42,164 nt of DNA, taken from positions 1 through 42,164 of the forward strand of contig JALAGF010001174.1 in assembly GCA_030167865.1 (NCBI GenBank). The letters run 5' to 3'. The position numbers and the translations under genes are program-made. This document shows positions 34,051 to 42,164 of this stretch, one piece after another. Below the pieces are notes generated by a model, which was not told the origin of the DNA, did not search any database, and saw nothing but the letters and a program-made list of their open reading frames with translations. How positions within the stretch are numbered: position 1 is the first letter of the stretch; each line of letters starts with the position of its first letter. The DNA comes from Craspedostauros australis (taxonomy: Eukaryota).

Positions 34051-35642
34051 TCAATCAAAATCATCGCACGGCAATCCGTTCTTGTTATCCCACCGGAAGG
34101 CATCCGACGTATCGAACAGGCTCGCTAATTTGGCTTCTTCTGCTCCGTACCCTGTCATCAACGACACCCATAGATCTCCATCCTTGCCGGGCCGCGAGAG
34201 CGCCAGGTCGATCGGCGCTTTGCACGGCAGCCAGTAGCCCGATCGCACCTCGTCTTCCAGCTGACCTCGTGACCAAACGGAGGCGCCGGCGAAGAATGCG
34301 ATGTCGTCTGGAGTACCCATTGTGCATAATAGTTAAATGGAATGGCATGTGAGGGAATAGAATGGCATGAGAGGGAATGGAATGTAGGGCGACACAGCAT
34401 GACATCACAGCGCAATACTAGCTATACATTTTTGATCTCCTCAGAGGCACGCGCAATGCACAAAAATAACTTACCTTCCTGAAGATGCCCAGCCGCCAAC
34501 GCTTCCGCCGCTTTGTTGATGTTTCCCTGAAAGAAAAGCGCCTTGTCGGACAACACCGCGTCTCCTGCATTCATGAGATCCGGCAGCAGCATGCCGCCCG
34601 GACTCCACGCTTCGTCATCCTGTTGCGGCGAGCGACGATGCAGCATCTGAATCGACGTGTGCACCGGTCCGCCTTCTCGCACCGGCAAATCACCAATGGT
34701 TTCGTCCAAACTCTGCGGCATGGCTTCGTTCATGGTGAATGCCCGCTGCGTTCCACGATGCATGCTGAATCGATTGATGATGAGACCGTACGTATGGAAT
34801 GCGGGTGACGGCAGCTTGGCGCGATCCAATTTCGTCGTCTCGCCCCTGTCATGATCCAGGATGCAAATGACGGTCCTGCCAAAGAAGGAACCCAACATGT
34901 ACGGATGCGACAGCAGGAAGGCGCCGGGTTGCAGATACGACGACGGATCCATGCGATCCAACGGCTGCACGTGTGCCGACAAGGCATTGCGCCGTGGTTG
35001 GCGTTGCGCTTGATCGGCGACGAGGGCGTCGTGCAACGACAGCTTCTTGTGCAGTTCGCGCAATGCGTGGAACGCGACCTTGTGGCGGATGGAGATATCG
35101 AATTTGGAGGAGACAGATGCGTCGCCGCGGAATTCCCTGCGAATGATCGACTGCATGCGTGTTGGGTCGACCTGAATGGGGAACAGCATCTTCGATTCGC
35201 CTTCGGTGCTGCCCGTCATGGCTTCTCGCAGCAAGGAATGGAACAGTCGTTCATCCGTGCGACTCGCATCATCGGCGGATGGCGATTGCGCCGCGAGGCT
35301 GATGTCTTTCGCATCGTCCTTCTCCGTGTAGCTGTAGCGCAGATCTCTGGCCCGATCTTGGATCATGTTCGACGTGATGCTGTCCATGCCTTCGTTGCCC
35401 AGCATGGAATCCACGCGGTCACCCTCCGCTTTCGATAGAGAAGAAGAGATGTCGCCCTCGCGGATGGACCTGTCAATGATCAGAGGCTCATCGTCGTCAT
35501 AGCCGGAACGGTGCAGCAGGCAGTTCAACGTCACCGCGTTGGCGGCAGGTTCCGTGTAGGGCTTGCAAGCTCTCAGCAAGGAACGGTACAGCCTGCGGCT
35601 TACGATTGCAGCCTTGTTCGCTGTCGACCCTGTTGCGGTCAT
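34051..35642 (-). CDS. YqgE/AlgH (DUF179) domain protein with N-terminal LYR-like motif, 474 aa, 2 exons
   Basis: PGAFLLSHP..FGRTVICILDH, YGLIINR, VREGGPV, FFAGASVWSRGQLEDEVRSGYW, DLWVSLM. Exons are 35642-34475 and 34307-34051, with intron GTAAGT...TCCAG (167 nt). N-terminal RRLYRSLLRACK. Confidence 0.88.
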
Positions 35643-35750
35643 GGTACTCTATTCGTTGCGAGAACAGTGTCACTTCTGTGGATTGCAGATGCAACAAGTC
35701 GTTGATGTTGCCGTTGACTCTGTTTGCATTCGGTATGGTTTCGAAGGTTG

Positions 35751-35776
35751 GTGATGTGATGTGATGTGATGTGATG
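35751..35776 (+). repeat. (GTGAT)5 pentanucleotide microsatellite
   Basis: Seen directly, about 110 nt upstream of the AlgH-domain gene start. Confidence 0.9.
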
Positions 35777-36249
35777 CAACGTGCGGCTTTTGCGGTGGAA
35801 CACCCTTCTCATCCAGAAAAGATCTCCTCGACGAATTCTCCGAATGTGGACGACGGGGATGGTATTCGCTACCAAAGCGAGAAACACGACGAAGCGTCCA
35901 CGGTATCGCATGACTGGGCCATTCGCCTGGCGTGACGAAGAGCAAGAGGGCATTGGGGGCAAGGTCTTCCAACAAGAGGATGCAGGGAGCGATCCACATT
36001 GACAAGCGTGCAGAGCTTACGTCTTCCTTACTTTCTCATTTGTACTTCTTTCTGATATGGCATTCTCTCTCCACACATTCGCACGATCATGCATTCGCAT
36101 GCAGTGGCTTGTACGTACTCTCCAGCCTGTGAATACTCGCATCGTTGTATGATATTGTATGACTCTACGACTACTCTTCCACAACTGTCCATTCCTTCAT
36201 CCACTCGTCCATGCGATGAACGAGCGCGCTTGGCATATTTGCTTGCGCT

Positions 36250-37980
36250 CTAACCAAGCTCCTTCCTCCAAAGGATGATCTCCTGCTGCTTGAAGTATCG
36301 TCTGTCTTCCTCATCCACCAGCACAAGATTGACGTAGTACCGCACAGAGAATCGGTTGTTGATGACTTCGTAGGTTGGCGTGAGATCGGCCGGGATGCTG
36401 TTCAGTGAAAGCTTGACGGGGATGACTTCGCCCTTGACCGGCGCACCGTCCATGATTTCGTACTTGACCAACGTCTGGGTCTCCGTCACCACGGATCCGG
36501 CTCCGGCAGTATTCGCACTTGTGGCACCCATCTGCTGCTGATGCGCTATCGCGGCGACACCCTCGCCGCTCGTTTCGCGCCGAATCACACCCAGCTCCAT
36601 GTGCTTGATCTTGATGCGCACGAGCAAGAAGTGGATCTTGCCGCTGATCACATCCTGCAGATGGTACACGCGTCGGTCGTACTCGAACTCGATGTGCAAA
36701 CAATCCTCGATGCCGACCTCCAACTTGATTCCGGCATTGACCGTGGGTGGGATGCCCAGGCGTTGCACCCACACATCCTTCTCCTTCGTCAACGGTGGCA
36801 GGAACTTGCGTTCCATGACGACCTTGATGAAGTACCGAACGCTGGCGTGGCGTCCGTAGTAGCTCTCGTGCTCCTTGTCCATGTTACGGAAGAGGAAGGG
36901 AACTTCGATCGTCGGTTGGTACATCATGCCCGGTGGCGCCAGCTCCTTGGACAGCGAAACAAAGTCATGGTTGGGTCTCCCCTCGTTCACTCCGTATCCC
37001 TGTCACATTTGATGTGGTGTACCATGGACACATACCCATGCGGTACAAGTACAGTGTGATTTGTCGTGTCGTGACGTGAAACAATTGAGCGTGCTGAATG
37101 AAGTGAGACAGGCTGGTGTGGAGTTTTCGATTGCCAAAGATACAAAATGCACGAGCGGGTGGAACAGACAGCAGCAGAATAGCAACGACGCAACCAAACA
37201 CTCCCTGCCACTCAACACGTACCATCTCGATACGACCGATGAACTGAACTCGGATCCCCAAATGCTCCGCCTTCTTTCCAGGCGGGCTGTGGATGGTGAC
37301 GATGCCGCCGACGTCCTGCGAAGCTTCGTAGGCGATCTTCTCATGTTCAACGGCCTGCGGCTGCGGGATCATCTGTCCCGTGTGCGGGTCCATCATGGGG
37401 GGAGGAGCAGCGACGGGTGGCGCGCGTTTGACAGCACCGTGGGGATGCTTGACACGCCAGAATGGATTCCTGTGCAGCTTCCAGCTGGGATAGTGGTCCA
37501 TCGCGATGCGCTTCTGATTCTCCTGCTGCGTCAGCTGGATGCCGACCTTGAATCCCCCGCCGCCGGTGATGGCATTGATGAAGCCTCCCTGCGAGTGATG
37601 GCGGTGGGTGACGAATGCAATACGGGTATGTGCATGTACGTATACGTACGCGTGCGTTTGTGTTTGCGAGTGTTGCGTAAGAAAAGGTGTAGCAAAGTAT
37701 GGCGGTTGGTATCATGATGAGCGGCGCGGTTGTGGTTGTGGCTGTGGTTGTATTGGAATACAAATATCAGAGAAGATCAGAGTGGAGACCAAAGATCAGT
37801 CCATCTGAAGATCGACGCGGCTTCATTCATCGATACCGTTGCCCAATCGAATGCCGATTGCACGTCTCCTCAATGGCACGGCCGAGAAGAAAAGACACGG
37901 GGCATGGCACAGACAGGCGAATCGCCCATTGTGCGAGGATGGTGGATTCCAATCTCCGCCCTTGCACTCACCACGTTCAT
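36250..37980 (-). CDS. VPS26: Retromer subunit VPS26, 374 aa, 3 exons
   Basis: [106 protein letters not shown]. Exons are 37980-37972 (ATG AAC GTG), 37588-37223 and 36999-36250, with introns of 383 and 223 nt. Confidence 0.96.
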
Positions 37981-38852
37981 CTTGGCTCAATTTCTGCGTA
38001 GTAGTTGTGTCTGTGTTCTTTGCGATCGCACAGACAGGTATTGCATGCACTAATACGAGTATGCAAGCTCTGCTCGCCCCACTGCCTCTCGTTGTTCGAT
38101 TCTCTCTGTTGTCACAGCTTCTTTCGACTGCCCCTTCTCCCTTTTCTCCAGTTCTCCTCGTTGAAGGTGACGGCGTGCGCGCGTTTAGGTTGGCTTGTGC
38201 AGAATACTGTTGGCTGCTTTTCAGAGCTTGATGTTGCACTCTTGATCTTGCACTCTTGATGATGCGCGTGATACGATGTCGAGTATGAACGCCGAACGGA
38301 GAACACACAAGAGGGAGTTGTGCTGAATCGGTTCTTGCCTCTCTCTATTTTCGTTGCTTGTCTCTTGCTCGTTTCCTTTCGTTGTGGTGGGAGGCTTCGT
38401 GTCTTCTCAGTGTGCCTTTGACCATGTTTCGATCGTGTTGTTTTGGTTTGTTGTTCTATCGCGAAAGATCGCCTGTTCGCGGATTTTGGTTTGGACGGAG
38501 AATCCAATCGATCAGCACGACTAAAGAGCCACCTCTCGAGATTTACTAAAACTAAGCATCATGCATCGCGTCTAACCGCATGCACGTGTGCCAACCACCA
38601 CGTAAATTCTTGCGTTCTTCTTTTCCCTCTGAATCCACCAAACAAAGACGTGGATCCAACCCATCCGAAACCCGTTCCAACCGTGTGGTGCCATCATTCT
38701 TCACTCATCTCAGCATCCAGGTGCTTGACTTCACTTGGCTCCGATCTTCCGCATCGACGAGGGCAACGTGCCGACAGCATTGTCTCGAGAGGATCGTGAA
38801 AGGGTATCCACCAGCTCGACCATCGTTGGGAACAGTCCACCGCCGCGGAAAC

Positions 38853-41492
38853 ATGAAGTCGTTCGTGCGATCGGACCTGCAGAGACGAGCATCGAAGCTG
38901 CCATCGTCCATCGCGAATTCCAACACCAGCGCAGGCACGAGAACGGGCATCGCCACAGCTGCTGCCACTTTGAATGGGACTCGCATCATCCATGGTTGCA
39001 TCGCGGATCATGCGCTGGTGCCCGTGCGGGCAATAAGCACGGCTCTTGTGCGCGCCAACTTCGATGATTCCACAGCAGGCAACCAAACCAACACACTCCA
39101 ATCGCATGGGTATGGCCCCACACGGCGGGGCAGCAGTGCCGTGATGCCGCTCGCTGCGCCACCATCTTCTCAACTGCCATCGCTGCAGCAGGTCCGATAC
39201 CAATCGATATGGTCCTACCTCACGTCTGTCATCGGCGCATCATCCAAGAAGCAATCATCGAAACCAAAGTCGCCACCTCCCAAACATCCCAAACACCCAA
39301 AACAGACATCGGGGCCGAAAGGAACGCGCAAGCGACGCCCGCACGGCAGCATCCGACCAAAGAGGCAGCCCGGCCGCGGATACAACGGTGACAAACCCTC
39401 GCAAGGATATCGCAACAGGAGGGGTGCGGACGTCCACACCGACCATGACAATCACAGACACCGGCGCTCGCGCAGTTCCTCGCCTCCCAAACATCGCCGG
39501 TCGCGGTCAGCCCCGTCGTCGTATCGTTCTCCCCGATTCGACGTGGCCGTGTGCAGCAACCCAGAGATCGAGGAGATCAAGAAGCGTCTGCTCAACGACA
39601 AAAGGACTCCGATGGGCAGCTTCCGTGCGACTACGTGGCAGGATGCCGAGCGCGTCATGCGCTATCTCGTCGAGACGGATCAGGACTCCACCACGGCCTT
39701 CGTCGTCATGGATCGCTGTGCGCGGGAGCGCGATGCCGCCGACCACATCACGTTCGATCTTCTCACCAACACGATGACCACGTGGTTGAATCAGCTCAAG
39801 GATCGCAAGAAGATGACCAGGGACAAAGCGGTGAAAGCCAACGGTAGAGGTAGAAGATCGCCCCCCGTGGCTGACAACGACGATTCCTTGTACGTCATGT
39901 CACCGGCCTCCATGTGGAAGCGGATGGAGGTTTACCAGCGGCGAGGCATGTACGTGGATGACAGGATCTGCCTTCGCGTCATCGAAGGCACGGCGCAGTA
40001 CCGATCGCGCATGGCGCTAGATCAGGGACCGTTGCTGGCCGAGACCATCCTGAACTTCATGCTGCAACGGTCCAAGTTCAACCCCATGCTGCGTCCATCG
40101 ACCAGCATCTTCAACGCCGTGCTGCAATCCTGGGTCTCAGCCGAATACAAAACACCGGATCGAACCGACGCATTGCTAAATCAGCTGACGGCGCTGTTTG
40201 AGTCCGGCTGGGGCGATGACTTCATGCCGGACACAACAACGTACCGCCGTGCCATGCTCACGCACGCCCACCAAGGCAATGCGGAGAGAGTCGAGGAGAT
40301 ATTTGCGGAAATGTACACGAAGTACATCGAATACGATCGGCCGGAGCAATTGAAGCCAACGAAAAGTGTGTTCTCACTCATCCTCTTCGCATGGTCCAAG
40401 TCGAGGGCGCCGCACGCGGCCGAACGAGCCACCGCCTTGCTGGAACGCATGATCCAGATGGAAGAGAGCGGCAAGGTTCCTGATTTGAGCATCACTGCTC
40501 GAGAATTCAACATCGTTATGATCTGCTGGTGCAAGCTACGGACGAAGGAGGCGTCGAAGGTGGTGGAAGCTATATTCAACAAGATGTTGGAGCGCGGCCG
40601 CGAGGATCCGGATTTGGGTCCCTCCGGCTCGTCGTACTCAGCCCTGCTGGGAGCGTTGTGCCAACATGATCCCCAGAAAGCCGCGGAGACTCTTTCGCGA
40701 TGGGATGATGACAGAAAGGAGCGTGGCATCGACATGATCGCGGATGCGCGCCTCACCAACCAACTGATCGATGGTCTGTGTGCCTCGGATGACGGCGTGG
40801 ATACCGCTTTGAAGATCCTGAATGCGTTCGTGGAGGGGGAAATGGGAGGCTGGACACCAACCGCCGCATCCATCACACTGGCGACCCAGAGTCTGACTCG
40901 CAAGGGCACGCAGGAATCTCCACCAATGGCCGAGAAGTTGATCCGCAACCTCATGTCCAGCAAGAAGAACGATATCCGCAAGATCTTCGACGTGCACATG
41001 TCATCACCAGTGATCATGGCCTTGGCCAAACATGGCGACACCGAACGCGCAGTGTCGTTGCTGAATGACGTCTTGGAGAGTCATGTGCGCAAGAGCAGCG
41101 CTTCGGCGAAGCGCAGCATGGGCAAGGTCGCCTTCAACGGCCTCCTGCGATTGTGGTCCACCGAAAAGGACCCAGAGTTGGCGAATTCCGCAGAGGAACT
41201 ATTGCTGACGATGGAAAAGTACAAGATCCCGCACGACGACATGACATTTCCATTGGCATGGAAATGCCGCGAGAATAGCGGGGAGAAGTCTCGAAATTCT
41301 CAGGCCGTCGTTGCATTTTTGGATAAGGCCTACTTTGACGCCGCCCTGCATCTTCCGGAGGCAGAGTACAAGAAACTGCGGGAAAACTGGATGGATGCGA
41401 GTACGAGTACGAGTGCGGAGAAGGAGGAGGAAAAGGAGAAGGAAAAGGAGAACGAGGAGGAGGAGGAGGCGACAACAACGACGAAGCAGTAA
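38853..41492 (+). CDS. Pentatricopeptide-repeat (PPR) protein, probably mitochondrial (~879 aa, intronless)
   Basis: Repeated PPR-like helical units of roughly 35-45 aa: PSTSIFNAVLQSW, PDTTTYRRAMLTHAHQGNAERVEEIFAEM, PTKSVFSLILFAWSKS..AERATALLERM, REFNIVMICW, PSGSSYSALLGAL, VAFNGLLRLWS. The presequence-like N-terminus includes VRAIST and QVRYQS. The start is uncertain (the ORF is open from 38580). Confidence 0.85.
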   Translation: MKSFVRSDLQRRASKLPSSIANSNTSAGTRTGIATAAATLNGTRIIHGCIADHALVPVRAISTALVRANFDDSTAGNQTNTLQSHGYGPTRRGSSAVMPLAAPPSSQLPSLQQVRYQSIWSYLTSVIGASSKKQSSKPKSPPPKHPKHPKQTSGPKGTRKRRPHGSIRPKRQPGRGYNGDKPSQGYRNRRGADVHTDHDNHRHRRSRSSSPPKHRRSRSAPSSYRSPRFDVAVCSNPEIEEIKKRLLNDKRTPMGSFRATTWQDAERVMRYLVETDQDSTTAFVVMDRCARERDAADHITFDLLTNTMTTWLNQLKDRKKMTRDKAVKANGRGRRSPPVADNDDSLYVMSPASMWKRMEVYQRRGMYVDDRICLRVIEGTAQYRSRMALDQGPLLAETILNFMLQRSKFNPMLRPSTSIFNAVLQSWVSAEYKTPDRTDALLNQLTALFESGWGDDFMPDTTTYRRAMLTHAHQGNAERVEEIFAEMYTKYIEYDRPEQLKPTKSVFSLILFAWSKSRAPHAAERATALLERMIQMEESGKVPDLSITAREFNIVMICWCKLRTKEASKVVEAIFNKMLERGREDPDLGPSGSSYSALLGALCQHDPQKAAETLSRWDDDRKERGIDMIADARLTNQLIDGLCASDDGVDTALKILNAFVEGEMGGWTPTAASITLATQSLTRKGTQESPPMAEKLIRNLMSSKKNDIRKIFDVHMSSPVIMALAKHGDTERAVSLLNDVLESHVRKSSASAKRSMGKVAFNGLLRLWSTEKDPELANSAEELLLTMEKYKIPHDDMTFPLAWKCRENSGEKSRNSQAVVAFLDKAYFDAALHLPEAEYKKLRENWMDASTSTSAEKEEEKEKEKENEEEEEATTTTKQ

Positions 41493-41923
41493 TGCACGGC
41501 AGGAGATGATCATTTCGGATCATGATGGCGTGTCGACAAGGAGGCACCTCTGCATTGTGCTATTATACCAGACTATCATATCAATAGATTATCGCAATGG
41601 AGGTTGGAAGAATATTTCTCTACAAGTATTCTATTATATGGTGTTATACTCCAGTATACATAGTGTGCCTTGGAAGTTCGTCATGAGGAAGAGGGTGTGG
41701 CAAGATCGTGGAGGTGGATCAGGGACACCCGGCAAATCCAGAAAATTGGTCGATGTCCGACTAATTCGACCTCTATTTCGTTGACCAGTGCGAAACACTT
41801 CGTTGGGCCTAATTGAAACTGTGACAATGACCATCCATCCTGGTCTCCAGAATCAGTGACTATTGCCGCATCTCTCTATGACCAANATACTTTTTTAGTA
41901 CACAAACAAAATATCAAATGTCA

Positions 41924-42105
41924 TTGCGACTGTCTTTGTGACCTCATTCACGAATTCGATTTCCACGCCTCAAGAAATGGGCTAGTCGTGATTATTTCCA
42001 TTAATGGATTTCTCATTTCAATTATTGTTCTATAGAAGTGCGCTGGTCGCGACTGTTTCCATTAATGCATTTCTCGTTTCCATTTTTTCCATGGAAGTGC
42101 GCTGG
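41924..42105 (+). repeat. Degenerate ~60-bp tandem repeat (2 clear units plus 1 decayed)
   Basis: Units 41986-42046 and 42047-42105 share TCGyGAyTrTTTCCATTAATGsATTTCTCrTTTC...GAAGTGCGCTGG. A weaker copy lies at 41924-41985. The region is AT-rich compared with the core. Confidence 0.75.
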
Positions 42106-42164
42106 GCCCAATATGGTCTCATTTTTTGGTTTCATGGCATCGGTCACGGGACTCGTCATCCGCC

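Noticed and set aside
37636-37649. 14-bp perfect palindrome GTACGTATACGTAC in VPS26 intron 1, with similar ATGCGCAT-type palindromes near 6190 and 22015
   Set aside because: Arises from low-complexity alternating purine/pyrimidine sequence common in these non-coding regions; no evidence of function.
41924-42105. Terminal repeats as a CRISPR array
   Set aside because: Eukaryotic context, whole units are similar along their length with no unique spacers, and there are no cas genes.

Overview
This is eukaryotic nuclear DNA, most likely from a diatom (inferred from bipartite signal-peptide plus ASAFAP-like plastid presequences, GT-CAG introns mostly about 170-380 nt, and the gene content). There is no sign of rRNA, tRNA, CRISPR or an intact mobile element. 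The gene-dense core (about 5.2-41.5 kb) holds 17 well-supported protein genes plus one tentative one: Rab6, atlastin, cytochrome P450, plastid TruA-type pseudouridine synthase, an MTHFR-fold protein, an R3H/RRP6-like exonuclease, HUS1, a 2OG-Fe(II) dioxygenase, a stand-alone SRP54/Ffh M-domain protein, a truncated AIF-like protein, the KDEL receptor ERD2, plastid transaldolase, a hypothetical ORF, a CX5R phosphatase, TAF10-like, a LYR-YqgE/AlgH protein, VPS26 and a PPR protein. I placed ten introns by eye, and each gives a frame-consistent spliced product. The first 5 kb is gene-poor and appears to hold a decayed HA (helicase-associated) domain-repeat gene. The far right end has a degenerate repeat of about 60 bp. 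I do not see a convincing multi-gene novel system. The best leads are unusual single-protein architectures: a tail-anchored R3H-DEDDy-HRDC nuclease, a mitochondrial M-domain-only Ffh relative next to a truncated AIF-like gene, a LYR-AlgH fusion, an ER-luminal (RTEL) dioxygenase, and a TruA with an active-site Arg-to-Cys change. There is also a strict strand alternation over 12-14 consecutive genes. All family calls come from motif recognition, not from database searches.
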